DNA of 64,000 bases from an uncultured Pseudomonadales bacterium (GTDB lineage Bacteria > Pseudomonadota > Gammaproteobacteria > Pseudomonadales > JANQJO01), in contig CAZECE010000042.1 of assembly GCA_964510525.1 (NCBI GenBank), positions 73,272 through 137,271 of the forward strand, given 5' to 3'. The notes under the pieces are model-generated. The model had not been told where the DNA came from. It saw nothing but the letters and a program-made list of their open reading frames with translations, and did no database searches. A program made the translations under genes and the position numbers. How positions within the stretch are numbered: position 1 is the stretch's first letter; each line of letters begins with the position of its first letter. This document shows, in pieces, positions 1 to 7,817 of this stretch.

Positions 1-319
1 TGCGTGCGTGAGCTGCTATGTGAAGGTCATTGATGCCGATGATCTGCCCTTGTTTTTCCAGTGAGGCGCGAATGTCGCCATAATGATCTGCGGCTTTTTG
101 ACCGTAATCGAGTATATCCAATCGAGATAAAAAGTCTTCCACTTGTCTTCGGTTATGAGCCGGTTGTTGGCTTTTTTCAACACCGTGTTTTAACTCAGAT
201 ACGGTGATAGCGCTGATGCAAAGCAGGCCAGTGAGTTCATTAAAGGTTTGTAAAACTTCGAGAGGCCGACGTTTAATGACGTAAATGACAATGTTGGTAT
301 CCAGCATGTATTTGAGCAT
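1..319 (-). CDS. vapC: PIN-domain toxin VapC (first 106 codons; gene runs off the left edge of the window)
   Basis: Not in the ORF track. Manual minus-strand translation from ATG (319-317) gives MLKYMLDTNIVIYVIKRRPLEVLQTFNELTGLLCISAITVSELKHGVEKSQQP...GINDLHIAAHAR. This resembles VapC/MvpT PIN toxins ('MLDTN' acidic motif). The start codon directly abuts the vapB stop. Confidence 0.8.
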   Translation of the reverse strand, partial: MLKYMLDTNIVIYVIKRRPLEVLQTFNELTGLLCISAITVSELKHGVEKSQQPAHNRRQVEDFLSRLDILDYGQKAADHYGDIRASLEKQGQIIGINDLHIAAHAR

Positions 320-553
320 CTAAAAGGACTCTCTGGGAGGTTGCTCTTGTGAGGCGCGTTGCTCTAGGAAGTCATCAGAGGTTTTTTCTTCCGATAAAAA
401 GAAGCTGTCCCAGGTGCTTTCAATGGGGGATAGTATGCGGTCTGAGCCCACAATGCGCACGTTGACTTTACGAATGCCTTCTGGAAAGCGCGCATCGATG
501 GGTAGGCGCACGGCTTGAGTGCTGTTGTTTTTAAAAACGGTGCCTGTTTCCAT
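320..553 (-). CDS. vapB: AbrB/SpoVT-type antitoxin VapB (VagC-like)
   Basis: 77 aa with 'NSTQAVRLP', typical of the swapped-hairpin DNA-binding domain of VapB/VagC antitoxins. It lies immediately upstream of the PIN gene. Confidence 0.8.
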   Translation of the reverse strand: METGTVFKNNSTQAVRLPIDARFPEGIRKVNVRIVGSDRILSPIESTWDSFFLSEEKTSDDFLEQRASQEQPPRESF

Positions 554-582
554 AGGTTCCTCATCTGAATGAAATGAAAATG

Positions 583-633
583 TGTAGATACCTTAAGTAT
601 ATACATGGAGGTTGTAGATATTCAAGGTATCTA
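583..633. promoter_or_regulatory. candidate vapBC operator
   Basis: Inverted repeat tagatacctt (585-594) / aaggtatcta (624-633), plus direct repeat tgtagata (583-590 and 613-620), within 100 bp upstream of vapB. Function is inferred from TA autoregulation. Confidence 0.35.
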
Positions 634-653
634 TTTTGGTTTTGAGAGGGAAT

Positions 654-1325
654 TTAAGAAAAAATCAGCGAATGTAGGGCTTCCGGCTGCTCTGCCAATG
701 CATCAGCGCCCCAGCTGGCGGGTTGGTCGGTTGGATCTAGGTATCCATAAGCCGCCGTGATGGTGGTCATGCCGGCGTTGATGCCGGCTTGGATATCTCT
801 CGGGTGATCACCGACATAGACACTCTTTTGGGGAGCCGCTTTTAGGGTTTTGCAGGCTAAAAACAGAGATTCAGGGTCGGGCTTGCGTTGAGTGACGTGA
901 TCTGGGCACACCAGAGTGCTGCAGCGTTGTGCCAACGCCAATTGCTCGAGCAAGGGCGCGGCGTATAACACGGGTTTGTTGGTCACGATGCCCCAGGGAA
1001 TGTGTTGTTGTTCCAGCTGTAGTAAGAGTTCATCTAGAGACGGGAATAGTGTTGTTTTGACCGCCAAATGGTTTAAGTAGCCATCGAGCAAGGCTTGTCG
1101 TTGTTCAGCAAAACTTGGGTGAGACTCTTCAATGTGCAGCCCTTGTTCTACCAAGGCTTTCGAGCCGTTAGACACTAAGGCTCGAATGTCAGGGTAGGCC
1201 ATCGGCGGTAGATCGTTTGCGTTGCGTAATTGGTTTAACACCACAGCAAAGTCAGGAGCCGTATCCAATAAGGTGCCGTCTAGGTCAAAGAGTACAGCTT
1301 CATACAGGCAGGAAGGGCGGGTCAT
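654..1325 (-). CDS. HAD-IA phosphatase (phosphoglycolate phosphatase / MupP-like MurNAc-6-P phosphatase)
   Basis: HAD motif I 'LFDLDGTLLDT' and motif IV 'YVGDHPRDIQAG'. It sits immediately downstream of ubiG with an ATGA overlap, the position of mupP in Pseudomonas. Confidence 0.85.
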   Translation of the reverse strand: MTRPSCLYEAVLFDLDGTLLDTAPDFAVVLNQLRNANDLPPMAYPDIRALVSNGSKALVEQGLHIEESHPSFAEQRQALLDGYLNHLAVKTTLFPSLDELLLQLEQQHIPWGIVTNKPVLYAAPLLEQLALAQRCSTLVCPDHVTQRKPDPESLFLACKTLKAAPQKSVYVGDHPRDIQAGINAGMTTITAAYGYLDPTDQPASWGADALAEQPEALHSLIFS

Positions 1326-2113
1326 GCGTTGGGTTCCCTGTTGTTGGGTTCTGTGTTGTTGGGTTCCGTATTGGTGTTTGTGCTCTGAGTCACCTGAGGT
1401 TTTTTGAAATGCATGATGTAATTCACTTGCACGTCAGGCTTTAATTTATAACGTTTGGTGATGGGGTTGTAAGTGAGGCCAATGATGTCCCGCTCTTCTA
1501 ACCCTGCAGTACGTGCCCAGCTGGCTAATTCAGAAGGGCGAATAAAATATTCGTATTGATGAGTGCCCTTGGGCAACAGTTTTAAAATATGCTCGGCGCC
1601 GACAATCGCAAATAAAAAGGACTTGGGGTTGCGATTGATCGTTGAGAAAAATACATCACCGCCGGGTTTGACCAGGTCTGTGCAGGCCGCGATAGTACCC
1701 GCTGGGTCTGGTACGTGTTCCAGCATTTCAAGGCAAGTGACGACGTCGTATTGTTCGGCGTGCTCTTCTCGCCACTGTTCGGCTGTTGATTCGGTGTACT
1801 GAACTTGCCATTGTGATGATTCGATGTGTTTTTTGGCCACGTTGAGGGCTTTGGTGGCCATGTCGATACCGGTCACTTGAGCGGCACCGCGTTGTGCTAA
1901 GCCTTCCGTTAATATGCCCCCGCCACAACCGACGTCCAGAACATTCTTATTCACAACAGGTACTTTCGATTCAATCCAATTTAAGCGCAGGGGGTTGATC
2001 TGGTGTAGAGGGCGAAAGTCACCGTTGGGATCCCACCAGCGTTCCGCTAAGGCGTCGAATTTTTGGATTTCATCCGGGTCTAGGTTTTCTGTTGCGGAAT
2101 TAGGTGTTGCCAA
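1322..2113 (-). CDS. ubiG: ubiquinone biosynthesis O-methyltransferase UbiG with a repeat-containing C-terminal tail
   Basis: 'WWDPNGDFRPLHQINPLRLNWI' and SAM motif 'VLDVGCGGGILTE' match UbiG. The last ~25 aa are an extra low-complexity tail. Confidence 0.93.
   Translation of the reverse strand: MATPNSATENLDPDEIQKFDALAERWWDPNGDFRPLHQINPLRLNWIESKVPVVNKNVLDVGCGGGILTEGLAQRGAAQVTGIDMATKALNVAKKHIESSQWQVQYTESTAEQWREEHAEQYDVVTCLEMLEHVPDPAGTIAACTDLVKPGGDVFFSTINRNPKSFLFAIVGAEHILKLLPKGTHQYEYFIRPSELASWARTAGLEERDIIGLTYNPITKRYKLKPDVQVNYIMHFKKPQVTQSTNTNTEPNNTEPNNREPNA
1326..1385. repeat. 15-bp in-frame tandem repeat at the ubiG 3' end
   Basis: Three to four units of the form (t/g)tgttgggttc(c/t)(g/t)t(a/g), encoding EPNNT/EPNNR/EPNA on the minus strand. 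Confidence 0.8.
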
Positions 2114-3464
2114 TTTTTGTGCCCCATTCTTTTGCTTCGGCGAGGGTTTGGTGTAAGTCTAATGTGGATAGCTGACGGTCTTTTAAAACGGGTTTGCCTG
2201 CTATCCAAACGTCTGTGATTTGGTTGGATTGAGCGGCGTACACCACCTGAGAGATGGGGTGATAGATGGGTTGCGTGTTGACTTGATTCAGGTCCATCAA
2301 AACCACATCGGCCAGTTTGCCAACAGCAAGGCTGCCCAGCTCTTGGTCTCGGTTGAGGGATTTGGCGGCATTTATCGTCACCATTTTAAGGGCTTCGTAA
2401 GCGGAGACGGCGGTGCTGTCGTGGTGAACGGCTTTGGCCAGTTGAGCGGCTAGGCGGGTTTCGCTGAGCAAGTCGAGGTCGTTGTTGCTGGCGGCGCCGT
2501 CTGTACCTAGGGTGCAATTCACGCCGGCTTGAGTAAGAGCACCCAAAGGGCAGAAACCGCTGGCCAGTTTCAAATTGGATTCAGGGCAGTGCACGATGGT
2601 CGCGTTTTGTTGCGCGAAGAGCTCAATTTCAGACTCATTGAGTTGCGTCATGTGCACGGCTTGCAAATTGGGGCTGATCAACCCAAGCTGCTTTAAGCGT
2701 TCGATTGGACGCAGTCCCGTGTTTTTGATCGAGTCGGCGATTTCTTGTTGGGTTTCATGTAAATGAACTTGAATGAAGGTATCTAATTCTTCGGCCAGTG
2801 TGGCAATTTTTTCAAAACTTTTATCTGTGACGGTGTAGGGTGCATGGGGTCCAAAGCCGACTTGAATCAAATCTTGGTGTTTAAAGTCATCGTGTAAGGC
2901 CAGAGTTTTGTGGATGTGTTCGTCAGCCGTTTTGGCCCAAGGGGTTTGGAATTCAATGGTTGGCGCTGCCAGTTGTGCTCGTATGCCGGCATGCAGGGCT
3001 TCCTTTGCGGTCACCTCAGGGAAAAAATACATGTCAGTGAAACTGGTGGTGCCGGATAAAATCATTTCAGCGATGGCCAGTTTGGAACCCGTTGCCACAA
3101 AGGTTTCATTGACCCATTGGCCTTCAGCTGGCCAGATGTGCTCTTCGAGCCAAGTCATTAAGGGTAAGTCATCGGCAAAGCCACGGAACAAGGTCATTGG
3201 GCTGTGGCCGTGGTTGTTGATCAACCCGGGCAGAGCCACATGATTGGGTTTATGAAGAACGTGTGTTGCTTTGAGGGTTTCGGGGACCTCTTGGCTTGGG
3301 CACAGCCCTAGAATTTTACCTTGATCAATGATTATGGCTTGTTGATCTAGGCAGGTGGGTTCGGGCGATTCCATCGGAATGGCCCAACCCACGTGAATCA
3401 CATAATCAACTTCGTGATTGACGTTGGCTAAGGGGCTAGGATTCGGTTTGGTGTTTGTTGTCAT
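2100..3464 (-). CDS. mtaD: amidohydrolase of the TRZ/ATZ family, 5-methylthioadenosine/S-adenosylhomocysteine deaminase-like
   Basis: 'LPGLINNHGHSPMTLFRG' carries the metal-binding HxH motif, and 'LGTDGAASNNDLD' is also present. The gene overlaps the ubiG start by 14 nt. I place the start at the ATG giving MTTNTKPNP (3464); the track extension to 3554 translates a palindromic repeat. Confidence 0.8.
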   Translation of the reverse strand: MTTNTKPNPSPLANVNHEVDYVIHVGWAIPMESPEPTCLDQQAIIIDQGKILGLCPSQEVPETLKATHVLHKPNHVALPGLINNHGHSPMTLFRGFADDLPLMTWLEEHIWPAEGQWVNETFVATGSKLAIAEMILSGTTSFTDMYFFPEVTAKEALHAGIRAQLAAPTIEFQTPWAKTADEHIHKTLALHDDFKHQDLIQVGFGPHAPYTVTDKSFEKIATLAEELDTFIQVHLHETQQEIADSIKNTGLRPIERLKQLGLISPNLQAVHMTQLNESEIELFAQQNATIVHCPESNLKLASGFCPLGALTQAGVNCTLGTDGAASNNDLDLLSETRLAAQLAKAVHHDSTAVSAYEALKMVTINAAKSLNRDQELGSLAVGKLADVVLMDLNQVNTQPIYHPISQVVYAAQSNQITDVWIAGKPVLKDRQLSTLDLHQTLAEAKEWGTKIGNT

Positions 3465-3483
3465 CACGCTTGTTGGGGGGGGG

Positions 3484-3597
3484 GCGTCATTCCGTGCTTG
3501 ACACGGAATCCAGGGTATGTGGCACGGACAAAAACAACCACCGAACCTTAACAACGAGTTCTTAACCCTGGATGCTGAATCAAGTTCAGCATGACGC
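3484..3597. repeat. nested-palindrome intergenic element (REP/MITE-like), possible sodB terminator
   Basis: Outer inverted repeats gcgtcat (3484-3490) / atgacgc (3591-3597) and atccagggt / accctggat. Each arm has its own hairpin: attccgtg..cacggaat and atgctgaa..ttcagcat. Confidence 0.6.
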
Positions 3598-3628
3598 TTC
3601 GCCTAATATTTCAAATAATCGGACGTTA

Positions 3629-4204
3629 TTACAGGTTGTTATTGGCGAATTCCCAATTTACCAGGTTCCAGAAAGCTTCCATGTATTTGGGTCTGGCATT
3701 ACGGTAATCAATGTAATAAGCGTGTTCCCAAACATCACAGGTTAGAATAGGGGTTTGGTTTTCGGTTAATGGGCAGCCGGCATTTGAGGTGCTAACCAAT
3801 TCCAATTTGCCGCTGGCATTCTTGATCAACCAACCCCAGCCAGAGCCAAAGGTCGTGACACAGGTTTTGGTGAAGGCTTCTTTAAAGTCAGCAAAGGAAC
3901 CAAACTCAGCGGCAATGGCATCAGCAATCGCGCCGGTGGGCTCACCACCGCCATTAGGGCTCAAGCAGTTCCAGTAAAAGCTGTGGTTCCAAACTTGGGC
4001 CGCGTTGTTGAATAAACCACCAGAGCTGGATTTAATAATGTCTTCTAGAGTTTTGCTGGCTTCGGGCTTGCCTTCGGTTAAGTTGTTTAAGTTAGTGACA
4101 TAGGTTTGATGGTGCTTGTCGTAGTGGAAAGACAATGTTTCTTCTGAAATATGGGGGGCTAGCGCATCTTTGGCGTAAGGCAGAGCTGGCAATTCAAAAG
4201 CCAT
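3629..4204 (-). CDS. sodB: Fe superoxide dismutase
   Basis: '[18 protein letters not shown]', '[14 protein letters not shown]' and '[13 protein letters not shown]' are canonical Fe/Mn-SOD motifs. Confidence 0.95.
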   Translation of the reverse strand: MAFELPALPYAKDALAPHISEETLSFHYDKHHQTYVTNLNNLTEGKPEASKTLEDIIKSSSGGLFNNAAQVWNHSFYWNCLSPNGGGEPTGAIADAIAAEFGSFADFKEAFTKTCVTTFGSGWGWLIKNASGKLELVSTSNAGCPLTENQTPILTCDVWEHAYYIDYRNARPKYMEAFWNLVNWEFANNNL

Positions 4205-4321
4205 GGTGGAACTCCTTATTAATAAGTGTTAGTAAATCAGTGGTAAAGGTACAGGCTCAAAGTAAAGGCCAATATTTTACCGGCCTTTATTAGAACACTC
4301 AATGACGATAGGACGCTAAGC

Positions 4322-5401
4322 ATGACCACCCCGTTAAAACAGGTCTATACCGACGCTTATTTGAACGACATTGGCCAGCGCATTCAAGCCGTAGATCCGG
4401 CTTTTGAGCACAAGCGCTTTGTTAAAGCGGTGTTTGCTGAGCCTTGGGAAGCGTTAGAGCTGAAAGCCCGGATGCGACGCATCACCGAAACCTTAAAGCA
4501 GTTTTTACCCGATGATTATGATGCCGCGTTGGAGCGCCTGAAACCCGCGGCGGTCTATTTTTCTGGGTATGAGGCGATGTTTTTTCCAGACTTTGTGGGC
4601 TGTTATGGTGTTAATGAGTGGCAACGCTCGATGGTGGCATTGAATCATTTTACGCGTTATTCCAGTTCTGAGTTTGCGGTGCGACCCTTTATTGAATTGG
4701 ATCAAGAGCGCATGTTGCAGCAGATGCTGGTGTGGGCCGGGGATGAGAATGAGCACGTTCGTCGCTTGGCATCCGAAGGCTGTCGACCGCGCTTGCCGTG
4801 GGCGAGTACGCTGCCGGCGTTAAAAAAAGACCCAACACCCGTTTGGTCGATTTTAGAAACGCTGAAATCAGATTCGAGCGTTTATGTTCGAAAAAGTGTC
4901 GCCAATCACTTAAACGACATCAGCAAAGACCATCCAGATTTGGTGGTGGATCGTGCACGACAATGGTTGGGTCACAGTAAAGAAACCGATTGGATTGTCA
5001 AACATGGATGTCGGACGTTATTAAAAGCGCGTCATCCTGAAGTGTTGCAACTATTTGGTGTGGCTGGTGCGGATCATATCTCGGTAACAGATGGTTGGGT
5101 TCAGGATGAAGTGGCGTTAGGGGCTGAGTTGACATACGGTTTCACGCTTTGCTCAGAACTGGGTGAGCTAGGTAAGGTGCGCGTTGAGTTAGTGATGCAC
5201 TTTTTGCGTGGTCGTGGTCAGTACGGTCAGAAAGTCTTTAAAGTATTTGAGGGGCTTGTCAGCGATTCGAAGAAAAAAGTTGAACGCTCTTTTTCGTTTA
5301 AACCCCTAACGACGCGTCGGTATTATCCGGGGATTCAAAAGTTAGAGATTGTGGTGAACGGAGCTTCTTTGATGGCAAAAGAATTTTTGTTGGTTGAGTG
5401 A
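4322..5401 (+). CDS. DNA alkylation repair protein (HEAT-repeat, AlkD/YhaZ-like)
   Basis: 'NEHVRRLASEGCRPRLPW' and 'YVRKSVANHLNDISKDHP' are characteristic of this family, recognised by eye. Confidence 0.7.
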   Translation: MTTPLKQVYTDAYLNDIGQRIQAVDPAFEHKRFVKAVFAEPWEALELKARMRRITETLKQFLPDDYDAALERLKPAAVYFSGYEAMFFPDFVGCYGVNEWQRSMVALNHFTRYSSSEFAVRPFIELDQERMLQQMLVWAGDENEHVRRLASEGCRPRLPWASTLPALKKDPTPVWSILETLKSDSSVYVRKSVANHLNDISKDHPDLVVDRARQWLGHSKETDWIVKHGCRTLLKARHPEVLQLFGVAGADHISVTDGWVQDEVALGAELTYGFTLCSELGELGKVRVELVMHFLRGRGQYGQKVFKVFEGLVSDSKKKVERSFSFKPLTTRRYYPGIQKLEIVVNGASLMAKEFLLVE

Positions 5402-5413
5402 TGCCGAACAGTT

Positions 5414-6187
5414 TTATTGCGACTTATATTTTTTAACAACCATATGAAAATAACGCCCGGTGTATTTGTAAGGCTCTTTGTTGTTGTATCGATTTTCCAG
5501 CTTAATTAAGCCTTCAATATTTGATTTTTCTAGCGTTTCTTTTGGTAGCCAATCGTAAATGACGCGAATGCCGTATTCCCCCAAAGTCTTGTAACCCAAC
5601 TCTTGAAACCAGTTGGCTACGGTTTCAGGGTATTGCGGGTTCATTGGCGTCAGGCCTTTGCGTTTGGCTTTTTTAACGGTTTTTTCAGTCAAAATATCGG
5701 TATTGCCTTTCAATGCATTTTTGTAGACCAGCGAGTGCCGGTTATAAAACGCGAGTGAGAGGTGCCCTCCAGGCTTTAGGTTGTTCAGAAGTTTAAATAC
5801 AGTTTCTTTGGGCTCGGCTAACCATTCCAACAGGGCGTGGCACACAATAATATCGAATGTTTCTTCAAGCTCGTGAATGTGTTGAATCGGGCCATGGTGG
5901 AATTGAATGTTGCTGACACAACAAAGTCGTTGTTTGGCGCGATCCAACATGTTCTCAGACAGATCGTTTAAGACCACGTTGTGTTTCAGAGTCGCCAGCT
6001 GCTTGCTCATCTGCCCTAAACCGCCGGCGGCATCGAGTATGGTAAGAGGCGAATCTGTTTCTAAGTGGGGAATGTGCTGGCGCATTTGCTGCCACAACAA
6101 TATTTCTCTTAGCTGGCCTTTTTTAGAACCGTAAATACGCTGCTCGAACTTTTCAGCAAGTGGGTCGAAGTTTCGGTCTTGGAGCAT
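5414..6187 (-). CDS. cmoM: tRNA uridine 5-oxyacetic acid(34) methyltransferase CmoM (SmtA-like)
   Basis: The N-terminus 'MLQDRNFDPLAEKFEQRIYGSKKGQLREILLWQ' closely parallels E. coli CmoM/SmtA. SAM motif 'ILDAAGGLG' is present. Confidence 0.8.
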   Translation of the reverse strand: MLQDRNFDPLAEKFEQRIYGSKKGQLREILLWQQMRQHIPHLETDSPLTILDAAGGLGQMSKQLATLKHNVVLNDLSENMLDRAKQRLCCVSNIQFHHGPIQHIHELEETFDIIVCHALLEWLAEPKETVFKLLNNLKPGGHLSLAFYNRHSLVYKNALKGNTDILTEKTVKKAKRKGLTPMNPQYPETVANWFQELGYKTLGEYGIRVIYDWLPKETLEKSNIEGLIKLENRYNNKEPYKYTGRYFHMVVKKYKSQ

Positions 6188-6205
6188 GAGTTGAAGTGGG
6201 GATGA

Positions 6206-6282
6206 TGGTAGCTACGGGTGGACTTGAACCACCGACCCCAGCATTATGAATGCTGTGCTCTAACCAGCTGAGCTACGTAGCC
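6206..6282 (-). tRNA. tRNA-Met (anticodon CAU, elongator type)
   Basis: The reverse complement GGCTACGTAGCTCAGCTGGTTAGAGCACAGCATTCATAATGCTGGGGTCGGTGGTTCAAGTCCACCCGTAGCTACCA folds as a cloverleaf and is near-identical in its arms to E. coli metT. Confidence 0.95.
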
Positions 6283-6364
6283 ATTTCGATCTGAGTTATC
6301 CGGTTGGTCGCATGCGATAACCGCATGGCATATAAACGCTGGACCTCAAAATGTAGGAGCGGAA

Positions 6365-6393
6365 ATCGTACGGACTGATCGAGTTCTCGTCAA
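6365..6393 (-). promoter_or_regulatory. candidate sigma-70 promoter for tRNA-Met
   Basis: Minus strand TTGACG, 17-nt spacer, TACGAT, about 85 nt upstream of the mature tRNA 5' end. Confidence 0.4.
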
Positions 6394-6431
6394 GCTGTAT
6401 TTGCGTGAATCTGGGTGATTAAGGTTAACAA

Positions 6432-7760
6432 TTGGCTGTGTTGGTGGTTAAATTCATTTTTTTAAACGGATGTCGCAGGTTGAAAAGTATGCAGTGGATG
6501 ATGGGTAAAGTAGGGCAGCGGTTTTTGCGTCCTGCCGCAGTTGGGGCTGGATTGGGGGGTGTCTATGCGGCTTCTTCAGGTGATTCAAATGTCAGTGGTT
6601 CAAACAAGCGTTTGGAGGCGGCTTCTTTTCATCAGGTGCCTAAAGAGACGCTTAATTTGGATCGTCTAGGTGCGACTGGGGTAACACGGTCCCATTTAAA
6701 ACAGGCAACGGTTTCTGAGCGATTACATCAGGTGGAGATCGTTGTTTTTACGGGAGGAGGGGATAACCGGTTGGCACGAGGGTTCGTCAATGAGCTTAAA
6801 GCTATCATGCCGGGTGTCGAGATTCGTGAGGGGAGATGTACGGTTGGTAAATTCAGTGATGGTGAAACTCAAATCCATGTTCATGAAAGTTTGCGCAGCC
6901 CAGTGGTTGATCCTCATCAAAAAAAAATTCCGTTTATCTTTCAAGAGCTGTCCCCGAACCCCAATGATCGATTGGCCGAATTAGAGCTTATGGCGGATGG
7001 TATTCGTCGCTCGGGTGGGGAAAATATAACGGCGATTACCCCTTATTTTGCTTATGGGCGGGCAGATCGTCGTCCGGCTTCAGCCAAGGTGCCGATCAGC
7101 GCGCAAGTCATTGCCAATAGAATTTCCAATGTTGGTATCAAGCATTTATACACCGTTGATGTGCATGCGCCTCAAATCGAAGGTTTTTTCCCAAAAGAAA
7201 CTCGTTTTGAAGACCTTTATGCCAGTAAAGTGCTTTTTAGGCATCTTAAAAACAAGATGCTTGGCAAGCAATTATCGTTAGACTCTACCGTGATCGTTTC
7301 CCCTGATTTGGGCGGTGGGCAAAGGGCGCGTAAGGGGTACGCTGAGCCGTTGAATTTGGATTTGGTGCAACTTGAGAAAAGGCGTCCTGGCCCAAATGTG
7401 GCGGAAGTGTTGAATATTATCGGTGACCCTGACGAGAAAGATTGTGTGATTGTTGATGATTTATCGGATACATCGGGTACCTTGATAAAAGCGGCTGAGG
7501 CCTTAAAGGCAGCAGGGGCACGATCCGTTCATGTGCTTTTTACTCATCCTGTGTTGTCGGGTCCCGCCATTGAGCGTCTAGCGTCGGCACCTATTGAGAC
7601 TCTCGTGTTTACGGACACCATCCCGTTGTCAGAAGCGGCTAAGTCAAACCAGCAATTTATGGATAAAGTGGAAGTGGTGAGTGTCGCTCCTTTAATTGCT
7701 GAGGCGGTCATGCGCTCGCTCACCGGGCGTTCAATCAGTGCGATGTATAAGCGCGATTGA
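6432..7760 (+). CDS. divergent ribose-phosphate diphosphokinase (PRPP synthetase) paralogue, start uncertain
   Basis: Aligns along its length with the canonical Prs of this window: 'KFSDGETQIHV', 'ITPYFAYGRADRR', 'TVDVHAPQIEGFF', 'VIVDDLSDTSGT'. The maximal ORF starts with TTG at 6432. ATG 6486 or GTG 6732 are alternatives, and GTG 6732 aligns with the usual Prs N-terminus. Confidence 0.8.
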   Translation: MAVLVVKFIFLNGCRRLKSMQWMMGKVGQRFLRPAAVGAGLGGVYAASSGDSNVSGSNKRLEAASFHQVPKETLNLDRLGATGVTRSHLKQATVSERLHQVEIVVFTGGGDNRLARGFVNELKAIMPGVEIREGRCTVGKFSDGETQIHVHESLRSPVVDPHQKKIPFIFQELSPNPNDRLAELELMADGIRRSGGENITAITPYFAYGRADRRPASAKVPISAQVIANRISNVGIKHLYTVDVHAPQIEGFFPKETRFEDLYASKVLFRHLKNKMLGKQLSLDSTVIVSPDLGGGQRARKGYAEPLNLDLVQLEKRRPGPNVAEVLNIIGDPDEKDCVIVDDLSDTSGTLIKAAEALKAAGARSVHVLFTHPVLSGPAIERLASAPIETLVFTDTIPLSEAAKSNQQFMDKVEVVSVAPLIAEAVMRSLTGRSISAMYKRD

Positions 7761-7817
7761 TGGGGGCTGGTTTTGTTTCATTAATAAAGGCATAGCAATT
7801 TAGGTGTAATCAGTAAA

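Noticed and set aside
3465-3554. A 30-codon N-terminal extension of the mtaD ORF (MLRFGGCFCPCHIPWIPCQARNDAPPPTSV).
   Set aside because: The extension is the translation of the palindromic intergenic element (3484-3597). Amidohydrolase homology begins after the internal ATG at 3464.
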